Origin: Anaerohalosphaeraceae bacterium
GTDB taxonomy: Bacteria > Planctomycetota > Phycisphaerae > Sedimentisphaerales > Anaerohalosphaeraceae
Direction: 5' to 3'
DNA: 50,728 nucleotides
Assembly (NCBI GenBank): GCA_050309605.1
Contig: JBNRMN010000053.1
Location: forward strand, 1-50,728
The translations under genes were made by a program, and so were the position numbers. How positions within the stretch are numbered: the first letter of the stretch is position 1; every line of letters starts with the position of its first letter. This document shows positions 20,331-31,000 of this stretch, in pieces. The notes under the pieces are model-generated. The model was given only the letters and a program-made list of their open reading frames with translations, was not told the origin of the DNA and searched no databases.

Positions 20331-22565
20331 TTATTCACTGCACGCTTCCAGCGGAAACCGTCCGCATGACAGCCAGTCGGCGGCCAGCAGGACGAAATCC
20401 TTCAGGTCGATGCGGCAGTCGTTGTTCAAATCGAACTGAGAGGCATAATCTTCAATGCACGGCCCGATGCCGGTTATATCATAGTACATCCGGGCGATTT
20501 CGTACCGGTCCTTCGGATAGTTATAAATCCGCAGGTCATCCATCCCGCCGGCGTAGCCGACCGAAGGCACACTGCGATCGGCCATGGTGCGAGCGGCCCC
20601 CAGAAGCACGCCGCGATTCCAGTCCAGGTATTCCTCCGGCGTTCCCACATCGGTCATCGAAGCTACTTCGACGCCGTTGACATACAGCCTCATATGGTCG
20701 CCGGCCTGCCAGGTCGTCGTGACCAGATACCACGCTTCATCGTTCAGCCCCACCGGACTGCCGCCGGCCTGGAGCGTTCCCATCTCGTAATAGACGCCGT
20801 CAATCGGCTCACCGCGAACAACGATCCGAGGCTGGCTGCCGGTCAGCGAAAGACCGAATCCCGTCGTGCCAAGATTGTCTCCCTGCGGGTCTATGTTATC
20901 ATTGAAATTGGCAATCAGATTGCCCGCAACGGTCGGATTAACCCACACGCTGATGGTGGCCGCTTCCATTCCGTTGCCGACGCCGGCCTTGGGGAATGCC
21001 TCGGCGCCCAGATCGACATAATTGCCCGCGGTAAACCACGCCGCCCGGCCGTCAATGCCGTCAACAAATGTCGGTCCCGGCAGGTTGGCATCCGGATAGT
21101 TCAGCCCGATGCCGGACGTGCTATTGACCAGATCGGCGAAATCGTCCTCAAAGGGATAGTGTGCCAGCAGCTTTTTGACAATCAGGCTGGCCCGTGCGGA
21201 TACATCCTGAAGCTCTTCGGCATTGGCAATGATGCAGTAGTACTGGGCCTGATCCGCTTCGGTCACATTCAGAACCGTCAACGTGGTTTCTGATGTTCCG
21301 TCATTTTGAACGACGTGCTTGCTCGGATCCAGCGGGATGCCGAAATCATCGGTCAACGGTTCATCGTTTTGCCCATCGACGTATCGATACCAGCGGGCGG
21401 ACGCCGGTGAATAGCTGGTGTATTTGACCTCAAAGGCCACATCATCCCCGATCTCGGCAAAGGCCATTTCCGGATGGCCGTCTTGTCGAATCACCGGCAC
21501 GGACAAGATTGTATTGAAGCGCCAGAGGGCGCCCTGAATAACATTGTTGGGATCGCCGGCCGGGCCGCCATACAGGATTTCATCGACGCGCCAGTAATAG
21601 GTCTTGTCCCGCTCCATTCCTCCCGGATCAAATGAAGCGGTCGGACCGTCAACTTCGATAATCGCCGTTGGTGTGGTCATCTCGGCAAAGTTGGGGTCTT
21701 CACGGAAATAGAGATAGTGATGCGTTATATCGGAATTGACCTGATCCAGGTTTTCCGGATCCAGACCGGTCTTCCAGGTCAAAATGTCCTCCAGCAAGAC
21801 GCCTGTTTGGCCGTCAGCCGGCGACGGATCGTGCGCGGCCTGCCGGAGCGGATTGGACAGATTCTCGCCGTCCATCATATAGAGATCATCCAGCCATACC
21901 GTGCCGGTATTGTTGTAGCAAAAGAAGAAGAAGCTAATCAGAGGCTCCGAATTGGCCGCGCGGAAGTTAAAGGTATCCCGCCCATCCAGAACCACGCGAT
22001 GCGCTTCAGTCGCCGGCGAATCGCCGTCCTGATGCAGATAAACTTTTGTTGTATTGGTATCGTTGTTAACAATCATCCACACATTGTAAAACGGCACGTC
22101 GTCGCCGGCTTGAATCGGCAGACGAGGCTGTGTCGTACCGCCGTCCCGAACGCCGAACTGGCCGCCAATCGCAAACAGTTGGACGCGATAGACATCAAAC
22201 CAGGCCGGCTCGGCGGCGGGAGTTAAACCAAATGAATGGTCCGTGCCCGCGGACGCACGAAAACGCAGAAACAGCGTCTTCGTCTGGCCGTTCGGGATAA
22301 CCGCCCCTTCCGGCAGAAGCATGTAAGCGCCACGCCCTGCATTGCTGCCACCTCCTGTTACCCCTAATATCCTATTTGTCGGATCCAGCGGGTCGGCCGC
22401 AATAAACGCCCCCTCGTAATCGACGGGAACCGCCGTCCAATTTTCCGTGACAACGTCCACCTGCCCCGCTTCATAATCGTCAAAATCATCCACCGAAATG
22501 GCGGCGGAGGCGCCGCCGGCGGTCATACAAACAACCGCCAACAGAAGTATCCATTTCCTCTTCAT
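20331..22565 (-). CDS. Secreted protein: head domain D (shared with the adjacent PEP-CTERM protein), Fn3-like, Ig, LamG, dockerin-like tail
   Basis: Signal peptide; N-terminal domain aligns with 22596-23387; YYWRVD; DQAQYYC; GMDDLRIYN; DLNNDCRIDLKDF...WL. Confidence 0.85.
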   Translation of the reverse strand: MKRKWILLLAVVCMTAGGASAAISVDDFDDYEAGQVDVVTENWTAVPVDYEGAFIAADPLDPTNRILGVTGGGSNAGRGAYMLLPEGAVIPNGQTKTLFLRFRASAGTDHSFGLTPAAEPAWFDVYRVQLFAIGGQFGVRDGGTTQPRLPIQAGDDVPFYNVWMIVNNDTNTTKVYLHQDGDSPATEAHRVVLDGRDTFNFRAANSEPLISFFFFCYNNTGTVWLDDLYMMDGENLSNPLRQAAHDPSPADGQTGVLLEDILTWKTGLDPENLDQVNSDITHHYLYFREDPNFAEMTTPTAIIEVDGPTASFDPGGMERDKTYYWRVDEILYGGPAGDPNNVIQGALWRFNTILSVPVIRQDGHPEMAFAEIGDDVAFEVKYTSYSPASARWYRYVDGQNDEPLTDDFGIPLDPSKHVVQNDGTSETTLTVLNVTEADQAQYYCIIANAEELQDVSARASLIVKKLLAHYPFEDDFADLVNSTSGIGLNYPDANLPGPTFVDGIDGRAAWFTAGNYVDLGAEAFPKAGVGNGMEAATISVWVNPTVAGNLIANFNDNIDPQGDNLGTTGFGLSLTGSQPRIVVRGEPIDGVYYEMGTLQAGGSPVGLNDEAWYLVTTTWQAGDHMRLYVNGVEVASMTDVGTPEEYLDWNRGVLLGAARTMADRSVPSVGYAGGMDDLRIYNYPKDRYEIARMYYDITGIGPCIEDYASQFDLNNDCRIDLKDFVLLAADWLSCGRFPLEACSE

Positions 22566-22595
22566 AATCTGCCCCTTTCAAAAAAGAGTATCGTA

Positions 22596-23387
22596 TCAAA
22601 CATTCTGTGATTCGTTCTTTTTGCGTTTTTGACATATCGCCAATCCGCCCAGGCCAAGCAGCAGCACGGTCGCCGGTTCGGGGATCGGATTAGACAGCAC
22701 CACCCCGTCAAACAGATAAATGTCGTCGAGCCGTACATTTTCTCCGCGTGTACCGAACGCGAAGAACGTCACCAAATCGTCGGCTGTTCCGTTCCGGAAA
22801 GCAAAACCCGATGCGATTTTATCGGCTTCGGTCGCGTCGGCCAAACCGCCGGTCAGATAGAGATCATACGTATCCGTCGTCTGATCAATGACCGCCCAGA
22901 CATTGTACCACTGCCCCACATTCAACTGGGCCACCCGCTGCGCGGCGCCGCCATTGCGTCCGGCCAAATCCACCACTCCGGCCATCTCGTTTTCCAGAAT
23001 AGCCATCTGCACCTCAAACGCATCAAACCACCCCGGCGAAGCCAGATCCGACAGGCCGAAACTGTGATCGACATTATCCGCCGCGGCATAGACCCGCGCA
23101 AACAGTGTTGCAGCCGACGATGCCTCGCTGATCGGAGAAACGGCATGATACGCACCCCGATATCCCCCCGACCAGCCGTAGGTCAAATACTGATTGCCGT
23201 CGTCTTCGGCGCCGATACGGGCAAACATCGTGTTATCGGTTGCCGTCCACGGCGGCGAGGCGACATCCCTGACCAGTCCCGCCGCGTATCCTTCGAAATC
23301 ATCCACCAGTGCGGCCAGCGACAGCCCGCCGGCCAGGACGAAACACGACAACACCGCCCACAGTTTTACATTCAATCTGCTCTTCAT
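22596..23387 (-). CDS. PEP-CTERM sorting domain protein (head domain D)
   Basis: GGAGG RBS, signal peptide, C-terminal IPEPATVLLLGLGGLAICQKRKK. Confidence 0.9.
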   Translation of the reverse strand: MKSRLNVKLWAVLSCFVLAGGLSLAALVDDFEGYAAGLVRDVASPPWTATDNTMFARIGAEDDGNQYLTYGWSGGYRGAYHAVSPISEASSAATLFARVYAAADNVDHSFGLSDLASPGWFDAFEVQMAILENEMAGVVDLAGRNGGAAQRVAQLNVGQWYNVWAVIDQTTDTYDLYLTGGLADATEADKIASGFAFRNGTADDLVTFFAFGTRGENVRLDDIYLFDGVVLSNPIPEPATVLLLGLGGLAICQKRKKNESQNV

Positions 23388-23425
23388 CACAAAGACCTCC
23401 AAAAAAGTAACTATTTTTGATACGC

Positions 23426-25138
23426 TTATTTCGAAGCCGGACGCCCGGCTTGGTAAATCCACTCAATTTCTTCACCGCTCAGACAGCGGTCAAAGATCAT
23501 CAACTCATCAACCACGCCGTCAAAATCACCGTCCCGAAGCACATACTCACCCTGCACCTTCATAGCCCCTATAATCATCTCGGCAGGAATCGGTTCTGGG
23601 TGCATCTTATAAACTTTTTGTTCGTGGCAATGTCCGTTTACATAAAAACTGATCTTTTCGTTGTCATGCGTCACGGCGAAATGATACCACTGTCCCGGCT
23701 GCGGCTCGAATCGCTTGCTGTGACACCAAAGCCTGTTCTGTTCGTCAAACCGCAGAAACTCGAAGCGATTTCGCTGACCGGTGTGCGTATATTCGTCATC
23801 AAAAACCGAAAACTGAAAATTGACATGATTGTCCTGCCGGCAGGCAATCAAGTGGCCGCCCATTTGCGTCTCATTGGGAAAATACACCCACGCAGACAGT
23901 GTAATCGGACCGGTAACGGCCAGTGCCGGATCCGGAGGAATCAGGATGACCTGATTTTTGCCGCGTTCAAACCGCACGGCTTTTTTTTGAGGCCAGCGCC
24001 CCTGAACCCACGTCGGCGGATGACGGCCGTCCGCTCCCGACAATCCGTTTAATGTGCCTTTGGTCCGGGCAGCGGCGTTGAGCACCTGGTCGGCCCGCTG
24101 CAACGGATTCTGATCGAAGACATAATGCGCCCGCAGCGACGGATCGCGATGCAGCGCAAAAACCGACGCCTTCCAGCGATGATAGTCGCTGCCCTCACGG
24201 GCCAGCACCCGCGACGCGAATTCCTCTGAACGCACAAACGCCTGCGGTTGCACTGCAATCTTATCAATCGTCCCTCCGGACATCATGGAACAGGCATGGC
24301 CGGCCGAGAGCACCATCTGTCTCGTATCCGATTCGGGATAAAACATCACCTCGCCCTGAAAGACGTGGATTTCGAACAGGTCCTCCGATTTGACCTGCAT
24401 GGCAAATTCCGTGCCCAGGTCCAGCACCCTGCCGTGCGGCATATTGACGACAAAACCGACCGCCTCGCGTCCGACCGTGGCCACCAGCGTGCCCCGTCGT
24501 AAAAACAGGCTGTTGACCGACTGAAGCTCTACCTCCGCAGGCCCTTCCAGAATCACCGCCGCGCCGCTGTCCATGCGAATCTCGGCCAGTCCCTGTTCCA
24601 GATAAAAAGGCCCCGCCCGCAGATCCCTGCCGGGGTCCAATTTGGCAGAGTCGGCCCCTCGGGCGTCAATCGCCCGCGTCAGCGTCCCGACAATAGGCGG
24701 CGACGTACGCGGATTCAACACCACATAAACGGCCAACATCAAAAACGCCGCCAATGAGGAAATCGCCGTCAGCAGCAGCGATTTATTGATTTTTTTTGAG
24801 GTCTTTTCAACCGGCTGCATTTCGACGGTCTGCCGGGGCAGACGAAAGGCCTGCCGTTCGGTTTTGATCGTTGGGGCAGTCTTTTCCGTCTCGGCCAGGG
24901 CTTTCCATAAATCGCGATCCAGTCCGTCTTCCATAGACAGCGATTCGGATCGATCCGGGATTGAGCTGATTTCCATTTTTACCGCCGCGTAATCGTTCAA
25001 AAAACGACAGTAGTACTCGGCGGCCTGGGGATCCTGTTTGATCCACTGCTTCAAGACGCCAAATCCCTCGTCGCTTATGACGCCGTCAATAAGCTGTAAA
25101 ATCAACTCATCCATTTGTCGATTGATCGGTTGTGTCAT
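23426..25138 (-). CDS. FecR-like anti-sigma factor with C-terminal LamG domain
   Basis: N-terminal anti-sigma helix pair, one TM segment, FecR motifs (GAAVILEGPA, VLDLGTEF, HVFQGEV) and LamG (FDGVVDELMIFDRCLS). ATGA overlap with the sigma stop codon. Confidence 0.88.
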   Translation of the reverse strand: MTQPINRQMDELILQLIDGVISDEGFGVLKQWIKQDPQAAEYYCRFLNDYAAVKMEISSIPDRSESLSMEDGLDRDLWKALAETEKTAPTIKTERQAFRLPRQTVEMQPVEKTSKKINKSLLLTAISSLAAFLMLAVYVVLNPRTSPPIVGTLTRAIDARGADSAKLDPGRDLRAGPFYLEQGLAEIRMDSGAAVILEGPAEVELQSVNSLFLRRGTLVATVGREAVGFVVNMPHGRVLDLGTEFAMQVKSEDLFEIHVFQGEVMFYPESDTRQMVLSAGHACSMMSGGTIDKIAVQPQAFVRSEEFASRVLAREGSDYHRWKASVFALHRDPSLRAHYVFDQNPLQRADQVLNAAARTKGTLNGLSGADGRHPPTWVQGRWPQKKAVRFERGKNQVILIPPDPALAVTGPITLSAWVYFPNETQMGGHLIACRQDNHVNFQFSVFDDEYTHTGQRNRFEFLRFDEQNRLWCHSKRFEPQPGQWYHFAVTHDNEKISFYVNGHCHEQKVYKMHPEPIPAEMIIGAMKVQGEYVLRDGDFDGVVDELMIFDRCLSGEEIEWIYQAGRPASK

Positions 25139-25668
25139 CGCGGGCAATCCCATTGGGCCAACGTGCGCTGCATACACTCCCGCACCAGCCCCAGAATTCG
25201 CGCCATGGTTTTATACAGGCCGTGTCGGGAGCGTCCGGTTAATTGGGCGATCCGCTGGATCGAGTAACTCTTGTCGAACCGCAACTGCAACAGTTTCTGA
25301 TCGGAGCTTTTGAGTTTTTCCATACAAATCTTCAATGCATGGCGGCGGTCACTGCTTTCTTCGGTTACGGCATCGGCAATCTCAAACAGTTCCCGATACA
25401 TTTGATTGTCAAATAACGGTCTGGTTTTTCGATTTTTTTTGTGAAAATCCAGTACCCGAAACCGCGCCACACAGGCCGCCCACGCCCAAAAATTCGTGCC
25501 CCGCTCATACTGGTCAAACTGTTCCCACAGGTACACCGCCGTTTCCTGAAGCAATTCTTCGGCATCGTGTTCATTGTGTACCATTGTCAAAATGAAGGCG
25601 TACAGCCGCGATTGTATGCTCGTGTACAAACGAAAAAAAGAGACCGCTTTTTTTTCCGGTTCACCCAT
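25135..25668 (-). CDS. ECF sigma-70 factor, Rhodopirellula/Verrucomicrobium type
   Basis: DAEELLQET...W...GTNFWAWA (region 2) and ALKICMEKL...LLQLRF...IAQ (region 4); 177 aa. Confidence 0.92.
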   Translation of the reverse strand: MGEPEKKAVSFFRLYTSIQSRLYAFILTMVHNEHDAEELLQETAVYLWEQFDQYERGTNFWAWAACVARFRVLDFHKKNRKTRPLFDNQMYRELFEIADAVTEESSDRRHALKICMEKLKSSDQKLLQLRFDKSYSIQRIAQLTGRSRHGLYKTMARILGLVRECMQRTLAQWDCPR

Positions 25669-25913
25669 TCAACTTCCACTCCCGCGTGGTTTAGTCACAT
25701 TGGTTATATTTGCATAGGATAGAGAACAAAAACGCAAAAATTAGCCTCTAATTTTAAAAAATTTGGAAAAATCAAACCGCCGACAGAAATCCTTTTTACA
25801 AGGATATTAAATGTCCTTAATGACAACTTCATTCTTTTCTGTTCCGGAGCGATTGGGTGCTCACCGGCGCGATCAACTGTAATCTAAACTATTTTGTTTT
25901 AATCACTTACTGA

Positions 25914-27887
25914 TTATTTGGCGGGGGTTAGCCGGATGATAAATCCGCCGCGGGCCGGAACCTCGACACGATGCGGCTTATCCGTGGCCGCCCTGATGAG
26001 CGTCTGAACAAAGGTACGATTCGGCCCGTCGGTGATTTGATCCCCCGTCCAGTGTCCGCGGCCAAGGACCGATAAATCGACCGAAAACGTCTGCGGATCG
26101 TTTTGACCGTTGATGCCCGCGACATACCACGTATCGCCGCGGCGGCGGGCCAGAATCGCCGACCGTCCGGGGTAACCGTCCACAAACCGCGTCTCATCCC
26201 AGGCCGCGGGAACCTGACGCAGAAACTCGACCACAAAATCGGGCATCAGTGCTCTCTCATCAGGCACCAAACCGAAATGCTGAATCCCGGATTCAAACAC
26301 CACCGACAGCGCCAGTTCGAACGCCGGGGTGGTACGAACCCGCACGCCGCGAATTCGCGGATCGAACACCATCGGGGTAAAATCCATTGAGCCGATGACA
26401 TTGCGTGTAAACGGCAAAATGGTGCAATGATGGGCCTGCTGATCGGCGTTGCGCTGATCAAACGTAACATACTCCATCCCTTTAACCGCTTCGGCGGTCA
26501 TCAGGTTCGGATACGTGCGCTGCCAGCCGCGCTGCACCGTTGCGCCGTGGACATTGACGAGGATACCGTAATCGGCCGCATCCTCAAACAAATCAAGATA
26601 AAACTGCATTGTCGCCTGCTTGTCGCCTCCGAAGAAATCGACTTTCACGCCCCGGACACCCATTCGCTGAAGGCGGGCCAACTCCTGCCGCCGTACCTGA
26701 CGGGGATACATCCGATCCTTCGGCGTCATCGGAGCGGTGTTCCACTGGCCGTTGGAATTATACCAGAGAATCACATCCACATTATGCTGACGTGCTTTTC
26801 TGACGAATTCGGCGATTTTTTCATAGCCGATATTGCGGTCCCAGTCGCAATCGACCAGAATATATTCCCAGCCCATCTCGGCGGAAAATTCGAGAAATCG
26901 CTCAATGACCTCAAGCCGGGAGCTGTTGTTGTCGTAGCGCAGCCAGTGCCAGGACGCGCGTCCGGGCTTGATAAACTCGGTGTTCTCATACGCCGCAGGA
27001 GTCGCCAGATCGGTCATCAACGTGGTTTCGACGATGGGACGCAGACTGTCGCCGACAACCAGCACTCGCCAGGGCGACTCAAACGGCGGCGTCATGTACG
27101 GTTCGACGGGATCCTGCGGCCCGCGGTGCTCCTGCGGATGCGGAAAGGCAATGCGATACACCCCGCCGTCGCTGCGATGCGCCAGTCGGGCGGCGACATA
27201 GTGTCTGTCCACATCGGTGTCGCTGATGAGCACCCAATCGCCCTGAGGCGTCTTGAACAGTGACGGAAAGCACCACCCCGCCCCGTGCGGCGAGGGTTTG
27301 CCGACGGTATCAATCACGTAATGCTCCTCATACGACGGCTGGGTTTGTTCCCAGCCGCTTTTGCCCGGCTGCATCGGATGCAGCCACGCCTGCGTATCCG
27401 GATCGAATGCAAAGGCCGTCTGTTCGGACAGAACCGACACACGTTCTTCGGACGCATCATCAAACGCATATCGGAACGCCACGCCGTCATTGGACACCTG
27501 AAACACAATCTGCATCGCCCGGCCGGTCGGATTAGTCAGTGTAAAGACTCGGCGATTGGCCTCATAAACGCACGTTTTCCGCTTGCCGAGCGGCATCGTA
27601 TAACGATCCCTGACGCGATGCACCGCGGACGTGCGCACCAGCGTCAATCCGTCGGAAAAGGACTGATCGCTGCGCACCAGTCCGAGGGCCGACGGCTGAA
27701 CCACCGGCCGGTCAGCCAACCGCACGGCGTAATGCGGCCTGCCCTCCGAGTCCAGGGAAAAGTGAACCCGAACGCTGCCGTCCGGACTGAGTACAGTTTG
27801 GGAATGCGCCGCGCATCCGGAAGCTAAAACCAATAAGGACATCCCCAATAATCCAATACACACCCACTGACGCTTCGCTGCTGACAT
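25914..27887 (-). CDS. GH97 glycoside hydrolase (alpha-galactosidase/glucosidase type), probable lipoprotein
   Basis: SPDG N-terminus, NDGVAFRY, SPWRV, IKPGRASW, GVKVDFF, NVHG, EAVKGME, PFTRNVIGSMDFTP; LASGC lipobox. Confidence 0.92.
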   Translation of the reverse strand: MSAAKRQWVCIGLLGMSLLVLASGCAAHSQTVLSPDGSVRVHFSLDSEGRPHYAVRLADRPVVQPSALGLVRSDQSFSDGLTLVRTSAVHRVRDRYTMPLGKRKTCVYEANRRVFTLTNPTGRAMQIVFQVSNDGVAFRYAFDDASEERVSVLSEQTAFAFDPDTQAWLHPMQPGKSGWEQTQPSYEEHYVIDTVGKPSPHGAGWCFPSLFKTPQGDWVLISDTDVDRHYVAARLAHRSDGGVYRIAFPHPQEHRGPQDPVEPYMTPPFESPWRVLVVGDSLRPIVETTLMTDLATPAAYENTEFIKPGRASWHWLRYDNNSSRLEVIERFLEFSAEMGWEYILVDCDWDRNIGYEKIAEFVRKARQHNVDVILWYNSNGQWNTAPMTPKDRMYPRQVRRQELARLQRMGVRGVKVDFFGGDKQATMQFYLDLFEDAADYGILVNVHGATVQRGWQRTYPNLMTAEAVKGMEYVTFDQRNADQQAHHCTILPFTRNVIGSMDFTPMVFDPRIRGVRVRTTPAFELALSVVFESGIQHFGLVPDERALMPDFVVEFLRQVPAAWDETRFVDGYPGRSAILARRRGDTWYVAGINGQNDPQTFSVDLSVLGRGHWTGDQITDGPNRTFVQTLIRAATDKPHRVEVPARGGFIIRLTPAK

Positions 27888-27936
27888 GGCACCTGTCTCC
27901 CGTTTAATCTGTTTATCGATTGATTACTCAACACGC

Positions 27937-27965
27937 ACCTTAGACCCGACCGGCACCGATGTCAA
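27937..27965 (-). promoter_or_regulatory. Sigma70-like promoter of the GH97 gene
   Basis: TTGACA-N17-TAAGGT. Confidence 0.55.
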
Positions 27966-28034
27966 GCCCAATTTGACGGGTTTTGAAAAGTCCGGTGCAC
28001 AAATGCGACCGCCTTGGCCAACTTACGTGCCGAG

Positions 28035-31000
28035 CTAATTGCCTGTCAGGCCAAGCCATTGGCGAGCGATAATTGAAAAATCACTGAAACCAACCGTGCA
28101 ATCACCGTTCAAATCAATGTGCAGCGGTAAATCACAATCGGCCAGCAGCCACCATTCGGCCAACTGCACCAAATCGCCGCCGTCAACAACGCCATCCCCG
28201 TTCAAGTCGCCAAAGAATTCGCCCCGCCACGGTCTGAGATAAGGCGTTTCAATGATCTGCTGACCGAACATCGGTCCCTGCCAGGCCACGGCCAGATGAT
28301 CGCCGCCGGCATTTTCTTTATGCAGTGCCTCGATATAATACTTTCGGCCTGCGACCAGCGGCATCGGCGCCGACTGCTGGTATTCAAACTTATCCCACTG
28401 GTGATAGCCCGTATTTTCGGGGACAACGGCGATGATCTGCGCGTTTTCGGCGCGCGCGTCGGAACTGAGCAGGAGCCGTGCCGTATCGTCGGCGGATACC
28501 CAGAAGGTATAGTCTCCGGTTTCGGGCGGAATCAGATAACCGCGAAGACGCGATCCGTAATAATCACTCCAATCGCGCGGGGTTTCAAGCCGATCAATAT
28601 ACGTTTTTCCGTCGGGATTGTCGGGGAAATTCGGATGTTCGAGCAGTTCCCTGATCGACCAGCCGGGAATATCCTTCCACCACTGCCACAGGATGCCCTC
28701 CTCAGGCACGCCGGCATAGCGAATCCTGGGCGTCGGAGGCGGCGCCATCCCTTCGCCGAGGAAAAAGCCCGGATGCGTCGGCTGATTATAGGCCACGTTC
28801 TGCCAGGCCACACTCATTCGATACACCGGGTCGTGCATCAGCGTATAAAGCCGATGTGCCGTGGGAATCGTCGTCGTAAAGACCAGCAGGCGGGTGTTGT
28901 CCGAGTGGCGCCAAATGACCTCTTCACGCCAGTCGCCTAAGAGATCGGCCGCCAGACCGGGATTGGCCTTGGTCCCGTTGTTTTGCGCAGCGCCGTCATT
29001 GTAGGCCGTCAGCATTCGATTGAGACTGTTGGTATTCCAGTTCCACTTGTCAATGACCGTTCCGTCCAGCAGCTCGCGGAGCAGGTCGCCGTCCCACCAT
29101 ACGCCGAAATTAACCCGTGAGGGACGCGAGGAGGAAATGAGTTCGCCTTTGGCACTGTACAGGGCGCCGCTGTTGGTCGCCCAGGCTTCATAACCCGGAT
29201 AGCGTGGATCGACGTCAAAGGCCACGCCGCGTCCGACATCGGACGTGGCCGTGGTGGACCAGAGCACCTGTCCGGTGGCGGCATCCCGAAAGGACGCCCC
29301 GACGCCGCCGTTGGAGCCGGGCGATTCGTGCGGCATAAACACCTCAAAGCCCGGCCGTGTCGGATCCATATTGGACACATGCAGGGCGTCGCCGTGGCCC
29401 AGACCGGTCGAATATAAGCCGGTTCCATCGTGCCTGATCGTCGCGGATCCGTAAATAATATCGTCTTTGCCGTTGCCGGTGACATCGGCGATGGCCAGAC
29501 TGTGATTGCCCTGCCCGATGTATTCGACATTGATGTTGTTGTTGATGCGCAGGCCGGCCTTGAAATACCACACCTGGCTCAGTTGACCGTCGCGCCAGTT
29601 GTAAGCAACGATTTCGTTGCGTGCCGGCAGCCCCGACTGCGGCCCATAATAGCCACGTGCCATAATCAGGCTTGGGCGTTCGCCGTCCAGATATGCCACA
29701 CCCGCCAGAAAACGGTCCACTCGATTACCGTAGGTATCTCCCCAGTCCCGCACATTGCCCCGGTTCGGATAAAACGGCGTCGTCGCCAGCGCTGCCCCTG
29801 TTAAGCCGTCAAAGACGGTCAGATACTCCGGACCGGTCAGAATATAACCACTGGAATTACGATAATCGGCATACGGATTATCCCCCGTCAGCAGGACAAA
29901 ATTGCCCTGTCCGTCAATCGTTCCCGGCGCTGTTCTGCAGGCGATCTCCGCCCTGCCGTTGCCATCGAGGTCATAAACGATAAACTGCGTATAATGAGCT
30001 CCAGCGCGGATATTGACCCCCAGATCAATCCGCCACATGAACGTGCCGTCCAGCGTGTACGCATCCAGATAGACATTGCCCGTGTAGCCGGAATGGGCGT
30101 TATCTTTGGAATTTGACGGATCCCACTTGACGATTATTTCGTATTTTCCGTCGCCGGTCAGATCGCCGACGCTCAGGTCATTGGGGCTGTAGGTGTAGTT
30201 GACCCCGTCCGGCGTCGTGCCGCCGGCCGGTCTTAACAGCGGAATTTCCAGATAAGGCGTCGTCCAGACAGCAACCGGTTCGCAGGGCTGCTGCTCGATG
30301 CCGTCAATAACCGCCGAGACACGGTATATGCCGTTGACAGATGTGGTATCGATGTAATTGGTCGCTCCGGTGATCGGCGCGGCGGTGATCCGCGTGCCGT
30401 TGCGATAAATATGAAATCCGATGTCTTTTTTCCACTCAGTTCCGAGCAGCCGCCAACTGATAAAGACCTCGCTGCTGCTGCAGCGAACCGCCACAACGCC
30501 GCGATCCAGCCACTCCATCTGACGCAGGCCCAAAGTACTGGGCTGCTCGTCCGGCTCCTGAGGCTGCTGAATCTCGTCCGGACCGAGCTGATGCAGCGCG
30601 TCAAGCTGCGGACGTGTCAGTGCCCCATTCCAAATACGAACTTCGTTGTACGCCGCGTTGGCCGTATAATCTGCCGTCCAAAACGACCGCCCCAGCCAGT
30701 TATACACGTCATTCAGGTCGGCCAGTGTATTGGGGGTATCAAATGATCCGCGTGCCAGGCCCAGCACATCCTGCGACGCCGGCGCGGCGTACCAGGTTAC
30801 CCGCGTCTGGCCCGTGACGCCAAGACCGCTTTCAATCACCATCGCGATGTGATATTCCACGCCGAGGGCGTAAGGGGCATTGGTATCGTCGCTGGTAGTG
30901 GTTGCCGCATCCCACCATTCCACCCGATCCTGATTGGTATTGGTGCCGCGGCTCCAGCTCATCATCAAGAATTCGCCGTTGCCGGAGCCGAAATCGAAGA

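Noticed and set aside
25669..25913. ECF autoregulatory promoter in the AT-rich region upstream of the sigma gene
   Set aside because: There is no second copy or known consensus to support a specific -35/-10 call.
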